64,000 nt of DNA from the human T2T-CHM13v2.0 reference genome, Homo sapiens: assembly GCF_009914755.1 (NCBI RefSeq), contig NC_060947.1; one strand, given 5' to 3'. Positions 1 through 12,206 of this stretch are shown in pieces (the first letter of the stretch is position 1; each line of letters opens with the position of its first letter). The notes below the pieces were generated by a model, which saw only the letters and a program-made list of their open reading frames with translations, was not told the DNA's origin and did no database searches. The translations under genes and the position numbers were made by a program.

Positions 1-244
1 CATGGAGGTGCCGGCTGGGATGCAAGCCGCCGCCATGGGATGAGTCACGCGGCTTCTCCCCGAATCCCCAAAGGAGGCAGAGCGTGTTAGGCTTGTTCTG
101 GCTTCATGCAGAGCACTGAGGGGTGAGGGCTGACCGTGGCTGGCCGCGGAGGGAAGCCCAAAGTCTGGCCTCCCTGCGGAGACTGGGGAGAAAATGTTGC
201 GCTCGTCGTTTTTAAATACTGGGGGACAAGTTTCCCTTGTCTGC

Positions 245-860
245 TAAGGCTGCCATTGTAAATTACAAGAGTCAGGAGGGCTGAAGCAAAAGGGATTTCT
301 TCTCCCACAGTCCTGGAGGCTGGAAGTCTGAGATCAAGGTGTGAGCAGGGCTGGTTCCTCCTGAAGCCTCTCTCCTTGGCTCGTCGACATCATCATCTCC
401 CTGTGTCCTCACAGGGTCGTCCCTCTGTGTGTGTCTGTGTTCCAATCTCCTCTCCTTATGAGGTGTCTTAGTCCATTTCAGGCTGCTATCACAGAATACT
501 ATAGACTGGGTGGCTTAGAAACAGCAGACATTGATTCTCTCACCGTCCTAGAGGCTGGAGGTCCAAGATCAAGGTGTGAGCAGGGCTGGTTCCTCCTGAG
601 GCCTCCCTCCTTGGCTTGGAGACACCATCTTCTCCCTGTGTCCTCACAGGGTCGTCCCTCTGTGTGTGTCTGTGTCCTCATCTCCTCTTCTTATAAGGTC
701 TGTAGTCCTATTGGATTAGGGCCCACCCTAGTGATCTCGTTTTATTTTAATCACCTCTCTAAGGACGTTGTGTTCAAATACAGTCACAGTCTGATGCCCT
801 GGGGGTTAGGACTGCGACCTGTGAATTTGGAGGGGGATATAGTTCAGCCCATAGAACCCA
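245..860 (-). mobile_element. Two head-to-tail MLT1-family (MaLR) LTR fragments
   Basis: Twice-repeated 'ggaggctggaagtctgagatcaaggtgtgagcagggctggttcctcctga' and 'cctattggattagggcccaccctagtga...aaatacagtcaca' match MLT1 LTR consensus as recalled. Confidence 0.7.
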
Positions 861-984
861 CTATCCACATAAGTCATTCCACTTCAAAATCAGCACAAAG
901 CATTAGTTTTAAAAATCTCAAATCTGTATTTTTAAAAATTGCTCTTAACACATTAGAAAAATATAGAAAAACTTTTTTTGCTGT

Positions 985-1273
985 TTTTCTGAGACAAAAT
1001 CTCACTCTGTAGCCCAGCCTGGAGTGCAGGGACGTGATCATAGATCATTGCAGCCTCCACCTCCTGGGCTCAAGCAATCTTTTGCCTCAGTCGTCTCCCA
1101 AGTAGTAGCTGAGACTACAGGTGCACATCACCACACCCAGCTATTTTTTTTTTTTAAGTAGAAACGGGGTCTCACTATGTTTCTCAGGCTGGGCTCCAAA
1201 TGAGCTCAAGTGGTCTTACCGCCTTAGCCTCCCAAAGTGGTAGGATTACAGGTGGGAGCCACCACACCCAACC
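985..1273 (-). mobile_element. AluJ
   Basis: Antisense dimeric Alu with J-type 'ctcctgggctcaagc'. Confidence 0.85.
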
Positions 1274-1645
1274 TGGAGGAACTCTTTTTTTTAAAAATTT
1301 TAAATAAATTACTATTTGTGGCCTGCGTTTTCCTCCTATTCTCTTTTTTTTAAACCAACATTTGCTGGCATTTTTTTTTATGCCGAAGAAAACACCTTTG
1401 CCCATCTATGTCAGGCCTCCAGACCCTCAGGGATGTACATCTAATGCACCTTCAGCCACCGGTGTAAACAGTAAACAGGGGCCAGATGGCGCCTGTGCAC
1501 CTTCCCTGGCCTTGGGAGAGCATTGGAATCTCTGCAGCTTTTAAGAGCATCTTGCTTCAGGTTTGCTGACCTGCTTGCTTCTGTAAGATCATGCAGACTT
1601 CCTGAGCAATATCTAGCATTTCATGGTCTCTTTTCTATCCTGCAG

Positions 1646-1690
1646 GAAGAGGGGGCTATAGACCCAACTCTCGTTATGGAAATACTTATG
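1646..1690 (+). CDS. XG: XG 45-nt cassette exon, (G)RGGYRPNSRYGNTY(G)
   Basis: Pyrimidine tract + CAG 1643-1645, donor G|GTAAAG, phase 1-1; peptide matches the 15-aa insert of the long XG isoform as recalled. Confidence 0.88.
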
Positions 1691-1924
1691 GTAAAGGAAT
1701 TATGTCTTACAGAATATGTGAGGCAAAACTGTCCATTTGCAAATAACTAACACACTGTCTGCACTGATGGGAAGCTGATGCTTTCATCCAGTGCACAACC
1801 AACTGGCCGTTCGAGTCTCTCATTTGCATTTTCCTTGGTCATCCATGCTGGGGGGAGATGTTGTGCATGCCCTGAGGACTTCATTTCTTCAAAGGAACTA
1901 TGGCCCACTTACAGGTGTTACTGG

Positions 1925-2845
1925 GTGCATGTGTGTGCACATGTGTGTGTGTATACATATGTGTTCACACACAGGTATGCTTGTGTGTATTGTGTGTGCA
2001 TGCATGTGTACATGTGCATGTGGATTTTGTAATCATGTGCATAAGTGCATGTGGATTTCATGTGCATGTGTGCAAGTGTCTGTGTGCACACATGTGGATT
2101 GAGCACATGCATGTTTGTGTATGTGCACAGATGTGTTGGCATGTACTTGTGGATTTTGCATGTGTGCATGCTTGTGCTTGGGTTGCATGTGCATTGCATG
2201 TTTCCCCTGTGTGTCCATTCACATGCATACATTTAGGGGTGTGCAAGCACATGTGTGCATGTGGATAGATGCAGGAGTGTGCATCTGGGTGTGCTCGTGT
2301 GGTATGTGCATACTGCACGAATATATCATGTGCATCTGTGCATGTGGATTGTGTGTATACATGCGTGTGTACAGGCATGCACACACACACATGAATGTGT
2401 TTGTGTGTGCATATTTGTGTGTACACGCATGTGTTTATGCATACAGGTGTTAACATGTGCACACATGTGTACATGTGTATGTTTAGGCGAATTGTGCTTT
2501 ATATGTGCTTTTGTTGCCTGTGTGTGTGGTATGTGCATGTGTGTGGATGTGGGGATGTGTGGGATGTGCATGTGTGTGGATGTGCACATTGCATTGTGCT
2601 TCTGTGTTGCATTTGTATTTACATGTTGCACATGTGTGTAAATGCATGTGTGTGTGCACGTGTGTATGCGTGCTTGGCTGCCTGTGTGTTGCACGTTTGT
2701 TGCATGCTGCATGTGTGTATGCATGTGCACACACATTTGTGCATGTCAGTGTGTGTTGCATGTGCTTGCGTATGAATGGCGTGCGTGTGTGCATGTGTGT
2801 CCATGGGGTTGTCAGCCTGTGTGTGTTTTGCATGCGCATGTATGT
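1925..2845. repeat. Degenerate (TG/CA/TGCA)n alternating purine-pyrimidine tract
   Basis: About 900 bp of gtgtgtgcatgt-type units; source of the C/V/M/H-rich spurious ORFs. Confidence 0.95.
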
Positions 2846-3111
2846 AGACTCTCCAATCCTGAAATTAAAGCTGCATCTCCCTCTCCCTGGTATTATCCCC
2901 ATTCTGCTAATGACCATTAGACATGGCATACACATTCACATTCCTCCTCCTTATGCTGCTTGGCTGTCCCCCTCCCCCCACAAGAATGTAAATTCCCTGA
3001 AAACAGGGATCTGTGTGCTGTGTTCACAGTCGCATCCTCAACAGTGCCCGGCAATATAAGGCCCTCCATAAGCTCTGCTGAATAAACACGAACATCCTTT
3101 TCCGCTTACAG

Positions 3112-3147
3112 GTGGAGATCACCATTCAACGTATGGCAATCCAGAAG
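3112..3147 (+). CDS. XG: XG exon, (G)GDHHSTYGNPE(G)
   Basis: CAG 3109-3111, donor AG|GTAACT, 36 nt, phase 1-1; matches XG juxtamembrane sequence. Confidence 0.93.
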
Positions 3148-4483
3148 GTAACTGATTGACTCACCCGGTCCCAACCTTTAATAAGAGCACACTCTCCTAG
3201 ATCAGTGCTGGGAGGAGCTGTGTGGGCTTCTGTTTCCCAACCTCATGACTTTCACGGAGCACTCATACTTTGTATGTATATGAAGTAGCTCCTGAATAAA
3301 AATATCTGACCTTCAGCACAGGACCAATCAGAGTTCAGAGAAAGGAGAGGCAAGCATTGGTTTTCACTGCAGAAGATGCCCCTTAGCTCTCAAAGCAAGG
3401 CTGTGAATGAGTGCTGAGACTATTACATTTCTCCCAGTACCACCATTACTCCCCTTTCTTTGACCAGCACTAACTTGAAACCCAAGAAGGACAGGAGAAA
3501 GGAAGGTATGAACACTCTGCCCAAAGAAGCCAGCAGAGTGCACTGTCAATCCCGTCTCAGGTCAAAGGAGGGAGAACTTGAAGCCCAGAAGGCTGACTTT
3601 GTGTCCTGTATTGTTGGGAGAACAGGTTCCCCATTCCCTAAGGGTCATATTCTTAGAGATTTGGGCTGACACCTGCTTGAGTTTAAGTTGAGAGTAAACG
3701 CACTCAACCCCAAGGCTCTTGTGAGTTTTCAATTATGGGGGAGGAGAAAGTGATTGAAGGTGACCTCTACCTTTCAATGATCATGCAGAGTACTAGTATC
3801 AATATTTTTGGGGTATGTTGGCATCCTTAGAAAAATTTATGGTTTCACCTTTTTCCCTCTGTGGTGTAAAGTGAGGTCCAGAGATGGAAAGGGCAAGGCA
3901 AATAAACAAGTAATTGCAGTCAAATCTGATGAATAATTTCCTGGAACATATGGGATCCTGTAGCAAGGCAGAAGGGATACTCCTAGACTAGGTTAGGTGA
4001 GGGAGGTAGGGTTTCCTGGAGAGAACAATATCCAAGCCAATCCCCCAAAATATGGGTGGGAGGTGCCCAGGAGAAGAGTGAGGTGTCAGGGAAGATGGTG
4101 CACTAGGTAGAGCTGGATACACACGTGGGGACACCGGAAATTGTGTAGCCAGGATGTGGAATGCAACGGGAACCAGGGAAGGATGCAATGGTGACCAGGA
4201 AAGACCTCCAGGTTAGCAGAGGTGGAGTCTGCACTTCATAGAACCTTCATGGGAAGGAGCCTGCCCCTGTTGATATGTAGGTGAAGAATGGACCTGAGGG
4301 GGCTCACTAAGACCCAGGGAGACACCCTTTCAGACCAGTTCAGTACTCCCTGGAAATGATGACAGGCTGAATTAAAGCCTGGGCAAAGGAGGCAAAGAGA
4401 AGCAGTCAGCTTGGATGACCACTTGGTAATGACAATTGATTGTACTTGATTGATTTGTAAGAGATGAGAGAGAGGAAAAGGTA

Positions 4484-4920
4484 TGTATCAGTCAGCTATG
4501 CTGTGTCACAAAAAACCCCAAAACTTAGTAGCTGGAAATAACAACCATTTATTATGTTCGTGATTATGTGAGTCAGCAATTTGGGCTGACACCATTCTAG
4601 TGGTCCTCCTGGTCTCTTCTGAACTCCCTCTCTTGTGTGCAGTCAACTGTAGGTGTGGCCAGCGCTTTGACCATGTTTCCTGGGTCTTCTTATGTATCTG
4701 GGACTTTAGGTGGAATGGCTCATCTCAGCTTCATGTGGGCTCTCACATCCCTCCAGGAAGCCAGGCCAGGCTTCATCACATGGTGACCAGACAGGGTACC
4801 AAGAGCATGAAGAGAAGCGGGCCTGGGCTTAGAGCCACCATGCCTTCACTTGTGTGACATTCTGTTGGCTAAAGCCTGGATTTTCAGAATGAAGATGCAG
4901 CTCCACCTCTGGATGGGGAA
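4484..4920 (-). mobile_element. Old MLT1-family LTR
   Basis: 'tgtatcagtcagctatgctgtgtcacaaaaaaccccaaaacttagt...caaccatttatt...cagcaatttgggctg' is typical of an MLT1 LTR end. Confidence 0.6.
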
Positions 4921-5446
4921 CACTGTGAAATCATACTGTGGAGCGTGTTCATGTAGGGAGGGGAAGAATAGAGGGCTGTCTCTCCCAGGAGGCAGGGTGT
5001 GGCGGGCGGCAGCATCAGCCGTAGAGCAGGTTCTTGCGTTCAGTGACAACACTCTTCCCCCCAGCATGGCAGCCTCATTCGTGGAGCAGTCTTGTGTCCC
5101 TCACCTCTGCCATGCCATGTATTGGCCCAGGTGTTCAACCCTGTCTGAAGAAAGCCATGCATGGAAAGGGTGGCTATTTCAAATGGAAACGGTGATTTCT
5201 TCCTTTTTTCCCTTTGGAAGTGTTGATTTTTGTCACATCAAGCTCCTTCTTGTTCTTTGTGCAGGAGTGCCAAAGCTCTGGAGCAATTTGCCATCGAGGC
5301 ATTGAGGATGCTTGTGTCTAGTGTGTGCTTGGGTCTAGAGTTCCAGCATGCCTTTGAAAGCAAGCCTATCTGGCAGTTTTTAGTGGAACAATATTTTTGC
5401 ATGAGTGGGCATTCTACATCTAAAAAGGCACAAAATAGTTTTGACA

Positions 5447-5887
<441 letters not shown>

Positions 5888-6113
5888 TTAAAAGGCATAC
5901 ATGAATTGACTTCAACAAACAAACAAAAATGCCAAGTGCCTCGTCTGTGCAAATCCTGGCCTTGGATGTCTTCAGTGGTAAAATGTGGTTGACAAGCTTG
6001 GCTCTTTGTGAAAACAGAATTACTTCCTAAGGTTTTTTTTTCTTTTTTTTAAATTAAGTTTCTCTTTTTTTTCTGTGAATACAAGGGTGGGAAGGGACGT
6101 GATGGAGAAGTTA

Positions 6114-6193
6114 CTAGATAGATGCAAAAGTTATTGCAGTTTTTGTCATTACTTTCAATGGCAAAAACCGCAATAACTTTTGGACCAACCTAA
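6114..6193. mobile_element. MADE1 (Hsmar1-derived 80-bp palindromic MITE)
   Basis: 80 bp with inverted arms 'gcaaaagttattgcagtttttgtcatt / aatggcaaaaaccgcaataacttttgg', TA at 6112-6113 and 6194-6195. Confidence 0.9.
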
Positions 6194-6261
6194 TATTTAA
6201 GCAGTTTTCCTGCAGCCATGTTTTTTTCTCGGATGAGCTTGCTTTTTCTCCACTCCTGCAG

Positions 6262-6378
6262 GCAATATGGTAGCAAAAATCGTGTCTCCCATCGTATCCG
6301 TGGTGGTGGTGACACTGCTGGGAGCAGCAGCCAGTTATTTCAAACTAAACAATAGGAGAAATTGTTTCAGGACCCATG
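6262..6378 (+). CDS. XG: XG transmembrane exon, (G)NMVAKIVSPIVSVVVVTLLGAAASYFKLNNRRNCFRTH(E)
   Basis: CAG 6259-6261, donor G|GTAAGT, 117 nt, phase 1-1; hydrophobic helix followed by basic residues, CD99-family-like. Confidence 0.96.
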
Positions 6379-6507
6379 GTAAGTTTGGCTCTAAACATTG
6401 TTTTGCTTGTTACTAAGCCTGATTTAAAAAAAAAAAATTACTTTCAGATGTCTGTCACTAGCAAGGTTATTTCTGGTTAAGTTCAATATACATAACTTGC
6501 CTAATAA

Positions 6508-6865
<358 letters not shown>

Positions 6866-8884
6866 TAAACCTTGTTACAATGAGGCTGGCACATTATCTG
6901 TCTAATGTAAAAGAGGAGGAGAAAAAAAGGAAAGAAAAAGAAACAAACAAACAAAAATTACCAACCTACATTGCAAGACTATAAGCATGACGGTTGGTTT
7001 AACTACCTGTTCTGTTTTGTATTCAGTGAAATTTTCGTCACAGGCGAGTCAGGAAAAATACCTGGGTTGAATGTGAATGTTTTGCCCAGAACCCCACCCG
7101 CAAAGAAAACTACCGAAACACTGAATTATAAGCCTCTCTGAAATTCCGAAGGTGCGCTCAGACCATAGGGGAGAGGAAAGATCTGCTGTGGCTTCCTGGT
7201 TCAATGCCGGCTCCACACTCCTGGGTTTGAAGAATCACTTGGGATTTGAGAGCAGAGGATGCCCTAAAGAAATCTCTGAAACAACAGTCAGGGATTGTTT
7301 TATAGCCTAAAGAGTGACTCAGATCTTTAACTGGGTGTCTCTGGAGGCTTGGTTTAAACCTCAGGCCACCCACGTCAGAATCTGTCTGGAGTTTGCCCAG
7401 GGCCCTCTAACTCATACCTTCTTTGTGTCCCCGAAGGAAACCAGAAAGGGGTGCCCATTCCTACGGTGTTTGCTTTAGGATTTGCATTTGGCCTCAAAAA
7501 TCCTAAAACCTTCCCATGCGCTCCCTCTGCTGGTGAATGGGCAGTATCAACCGTTAGCTAATGAACCTCCGTTTGGGGTGAGCCTCCGTCTACATTACGC
7601 CCCGTCCTGAAATTTTAGGAGGAAACTGAGTTTCTGAAAAACTGCCTTATTTTCCTGGCAACCTGAGAGCAGATTCTTGGGTTCAGTGACAACACTCTTT
7701 CACCCAACATGGCAGCCATCATTAACGAACACCACGTGTTAACTTCAGTAGCTTTTGTGGCAGTGATTTGTAAGCCTTTGTTAACCAAGGGCTGAAACTG
7801 AGTAAGCAGAGAGAGGCACCCATCTCCACAAGCACAAAATGTAAGGGCGGGGTACAGGGGTCCCCCACAAACTCAATAATCAAGGCAAATATATTTTAGT
7901 GCAATATTTTAGAAGGAAAATCATTGGAATGGGGGCCAGTTGAGTTTCTGAAATAGGTGTAGTTTTAAAAACGTGGATGATGCCTGCCCCATTTATCTGA
8001 GGTGGAAGGAAGCACGTTTTTGCTAAAGAGGTATAATGTCTTGAAGCTCTTTCATGCCTTTTGGCTGCCTGGTAAGTATTTTTGTCTACTTTCTCCATTG
8101 TACTTCGATGATACCCTCACCAGGTATTCCCAAGCACCAAGTTTATCTTCCCCTCCCTTAAAGTTCCTGAGATCAGAAAGGAGGATGTAGACAGAGTGAG
8201 CTGATGTTAGGGAGATCTCTTCAAGGGTGAGCAGTGACATTTATGTGGATCCTGGGCCTATATCACCTCGCTGGCTGTAAAGCCTTTATACTATCTAGGA
8301 AATATGTGCATGACAGCAAATACGTATGGGTTTGGTATCAAATGGGGCTCAGAGCTCTGCGAACTTGACTCTAAAGTTCCAGGCTGCTGCTAATGGTACC
8401 CAGCTGTCCACCTCTCCTTAGTTAGGTCATTAATTTTCTCTGTCTCCTAAAGGATGACGTACATGGTATACTAACCATATCCATGGTGATGTGGTGCAGT
8501 GCACAACCTGTGGAACTGTGTACCTGCTGAGGCCATACACTGAAGCTTGCACACTTTGTAGAGAAAGAGTTGTAGTAACAGAGCTACACAGATAGAAGCA
8601 GATGTCTGTCACTTGATGTGGACTTTTAAGAATCATACTTTGCTTTCATTTTATAAAGTGGAGCAAATGACAACATCACTTCAGAAGTTATAAAGACCAA
8701 CAAGGCCATATTCGAAAAAAGAAGTTCCTACAAATATTAGTTTTAACCAAAAAGGAAGTTACTCAATTCATTTAAGATCATCAAAATCCTTAACAAATGG
8801 CAAAATGTCAAAAACAATGTTTTCAAAACGAATATTTGTTTCCAGATATGATTTTAACAGTTTTTAAATATTTTCTATTTTTAA

Positions 8885-9243
8885 TTTTTCCTGCTTTATT
8901 GAGGTATAGTTGACAAATAAACATTGTATATATTTAAGATGTACAACTTCATTTCTGCATCATTTATTTGTTCTAATCTATTTCCTTCTGCCGAATGTAA
9001 AGCAGGTGTCATGTAGACAGCACATAGTCTGATCTTGGTTTTCTTTTTTTTTAAATAGATTTTTCATTCTTCTAGCTTTATTAAAGTATGATAGACAAAC
9101 ATTGTATATATTTAAGATGTGCAACTTCATTTCTGCTTCATTTTTTTCTGTTCTAATCTTCCTTCTCCTAAATCTAGAGCAAGAGTCTCTTGTAACAGCA
9201 TAGAATTGGATCTTGGTTTTCTTTTTCTCTGTTTAATAAGACT
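8885..9243. repeat. About 180-bp degenerate tandem duplication of old L1-derived sequence
   Basis: 'aaacattgtatatatttaagatgt.caacttcatttctgc' and 'gatcttggttttctttt' each occur twice, about 180 bp apart. Confidence 0.8.
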
Positions 9244-9292
9244 TTTTTTTTTTTGCCCCCACAATGACATTTGTTTCTAATCTTCCTTTCAG

Positions 9293-9309
9293 AACCAGAA
9301 AATGTCTGA
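9293..9309 (+). CDS. XG: XG terminal coding exon, (E)PENV-stop
   Basis: CTAAT branch-like motif + pyrimidine tract + CAG 9290-9292; AA CCA GAA AAT GTC TGA completes ...RTHEPENV*. Confidence 0.95.
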
Positions 9310-10727
9310 AGATGTTAAGATCCCCTGATTACTTTGAGAAAAACAACTAAAACAAGAACCGTGTTTATCACTGTTGTGGAGATTTCCTTTTATTCTTGAC
9401 ACAATTTGATGACCTAAAGTGTGTTTTCTTCTGTGTAAAGTACATGAGCTGCCTCACTAAGCATTCCCAACTCATTGAATGTGATGTGGTTATAAAGATA
9501 AGTTAGGCAGCTAGACCCTGCGTTCTAAAAAAGGATTGCTTGCAATGTTGGTTTGGCTATTCATTTGCACAAAGAGACTGTGGCTCTCTGTTGTGAGATC
9601 TTCAGCTACCTCATGGTGCAATAACACACACACGCTTAACCATGTTGATGGCACAAAGCGGTGAGCAGTAGGGAGGTAGAATATCTTGGTGGGGAGGGGA
9701 TGTTATCAGCTTCTGGGAGATGAAGAATATTGTTGAGGTTCCAAAGATGCTGGACCTGTGCTAAATTCTTCAGTGATATGAAAAAATCATTGAGCATTCA
9801 TTATTGCGAATGAAGTGGGGATGCATTATTTCTGACACCCACAAGCAGGGTTTGATCATCCTTTCAGCTTTGAGATATCTGCACATAAAATTATTATTAC
9901 CTGAAGAAAATAAGGCTGCATTTTGAAATGTTAAGTGCAAAATGACTGATGTTAAAACCATCTGGGGGAAATCTTGGGATGCTTTTTCCTAGGAAATCAT
10001 ATGGTTGTGATATGTTTTGGCGCATAGGAGACAGAAATAGTGATTATCAGGCGTTGAGCCTTTTTGTAGTATTTTTAGTCTTTGATACTCTGTAAGTGCT
10101 AGTTCCTAAGGCACCAACATTGCATTCCTTGGTTTATACTTTTTCTATTCATCAGGGTAGGAAATCTTAAATCCTTAGGCATCCAAGAAGTATACTAGCT
10201 TTTTGCTTCTCTTTTAGAAATACTTGTGGGGAGAGAAAAAAGGATGGTTTGGGCATATTGGTATAGTTTGAGTAAACTAAGGTTAATGTTCATATAACAT
10301 TTAGACTTTGCCATAAATATCAGAACCAAAGATCAAGACATTCATGTACAGTCTGGAATGTATATATGGGGCCCATAAAAATTCCCAGTATGCATGTTTT
10401 ATGCTCACCATTATGAATTGGGGTCTTCAAAGAGAGAAGGTTGAAAGTGGAAAGCACTTGAAAGGGCTCCCCGGTTTGTAAAATATCTTTAATCATTCAC
10501 ATTAGGTACCTCGGAGTTGCGGGTCTCAGATGTGGATTCATGCATCATTTGTGCAGTTTGAAGATAGTCCATATTTCCTATTTCAGTATTAGGTCCTGCA
10601 ACACTTTTCAATTCTTGTAGAAGGTTTTTTTCAGGAGTGGTGATGTCTGATGCTCAATTACTATTTTCCCTATAAGAGTTTCAGCATGAGCTTAATTAAA
10701 TTCTTGTGAAAAAACCTGTGTTTTTAG

Positions 10728-10768
<41 letters not shown>

Positions 10769-11450
10769 CTTAAATGGAATCTAAACATTTTTAGCCTTTA
10801 ATCCATTCCATTTTCTAAAACTGTCATAAACTATTTTTAATCATTTTAAATAAATGTAAAAGAAAAATAACTGGATTTGATTATTGAATAGTTTTTTTCT
10901 ATATTTCACAAATAAATTGTATGAAATGACTGTAGAAGTGGCCCCAAAATTATGAACCTTCGTAGCTGTGAATATGATGCCATAAATCTCTTTTAAAGCT
11001 CAAGATAGACTATGAACATATGAAATACATAGTTACCTAATCATGAGACTAAATTCACCTGGGTGACAAGGCTAACGTTCAAGCTACTTAAGATGAAAAT
11101 ATTTGAATCATGATTGCTTGGGGGAACCTCTCTTTGAGGGGTCATGAGGACCACCTGCTGGGCATTCTGTTTTCATGCTGAGAAGGTGAGAATTGAACAG
11201 ATGAGAAAAGCCTTGATAAAACGTCATCTCCATGTAATTTAGAGAAGGATAACCTTGACTGTACAGCTGACCCTTGAACAACACAGGGCTGAACTGCACA
11301 TGTCCACCTGTATGTGAGTTTGCTTCTGGCTCTGCCATTACTGAGACAGCAGGACCAACCCTCCATCTACTCAATGGGAAGATGATAAGGATGAAGACCT
11401 TTATGGTGATCCGCTTCCACTTAATAAATAGTAAATTCATTAATTTTATC
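9310..11450 (+). other. XG: XG 3'UTR (end uncertain)
   Basis: Follows the stop; AATAAA at 10849, 10911 and 11423; contains (CA)n at 10730-10765. Confidence 0.6.
10730..10765. repeat. (CA)~18 microsatellite
   Basis: Perfect AC run. Confidence 0.95.
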
Positions 11451-11620
11451 TTCCTTATGATTTTCTTCATAACATTTTCTTTCCTCTAGCTTACTTTATT
11501 GTAATAATATGGTATGTAATACATATACAAAATACGTGTTCAACTGTTACCAGTAAGGCTTTCAGTCAACCAGTATGCTATGAGTAGTTAAGTTTTTGGA
11601 GAGTCAATTCATACAGCCCT
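11264..11620 (+). mobile_element. Tigger2/MER28-type DNA transposon fossil
   Basis: Begins ta-cagctgacccttgaacaacacagggctgaactgc (Tigger2-like TIR). Confidence 0.7.
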
Positions 11621-11742
11621 TGATTTTTTTTTTTTTTCAATTAAGTTCATTTAGATGGTCAGAAATGTCAGTTAAGCGTCATTTGAAGGTAATAACTAAC
11701 CTTGAAAAACTAGTGGCTTGGGTATAGTTTTCCAAAAAGTTA

Positions 11743-12010
11743 GGCTGGGCGTAGTGGCTCACACCTGTAATCCCAGCACTTTGGGAGGCCTAGGTGAGGG
11801 GATTGCTTGAGCCTAGGAGTTCAAGACCAGGCTGGGCAACATAGTGAGACCCCCATCTCTAGTAACGATTTAAAAATTAGCTGGGCGTCGTAGTGCACAC
11901 CTGTAGTCCCAGCTACGTGGGAGGATCACTTGAACACAGAAATTCAAGACCATAGTGAGCTGCGATAGCACCACTGCACTCCAGCTTGGGCAACAGAGTG
12001 AGACTCTCAA
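11743..12010 (+). mobile_element. AluJ whose tail became a GGAA/GGGA tract
   Basis: Dimeric Alu with J-type 'attgcttgagcctaggagttc'. Confidence 0.9.
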
Positions 12011-12206
12011 AGAAAGAAGGAAGGAAGGAAGGGAGGGAGGGAGAGACAGAGAGGGAGGGAGGGAGGGAGAGAGGGAGGAAGGAAGGAAGAAAGGAAGGAA
12101 GGAAGGAGAGACAGAGAAGGAGGGAGGGAGGGAGGAAGGGAAGGAAGGAAGGAAGGAAGGAAGGAAGGAAGGAAGGAAGGAAGGAAGGAAGGAAGGAAGG
12201 AAGGAA
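12011..12206 (+). repeat. Polypurine tract ending in a perfect (GGAA)17
   Basis: GGAA x17 uninterrupted at 12139-12206; three further (GGAA)3 blocks and GGGA runs upstream. Confidence 0.97.

Noticed and set aside
41-47. AP-1 motif TGAGTCA
   Set aside because: A single 7-mer is expected by chance; no supporting context visible.
1778-3059. Cluster of Cys/Val/His/Met-rich ORFs on both strands
   Set aside because: Translations of the (TG/CA)n tract.
3312-3330. TTCAGCAC as a REST/RE1 site
   Set aside because: Only a partial left half-site; no GGACAG half at proper spacing.
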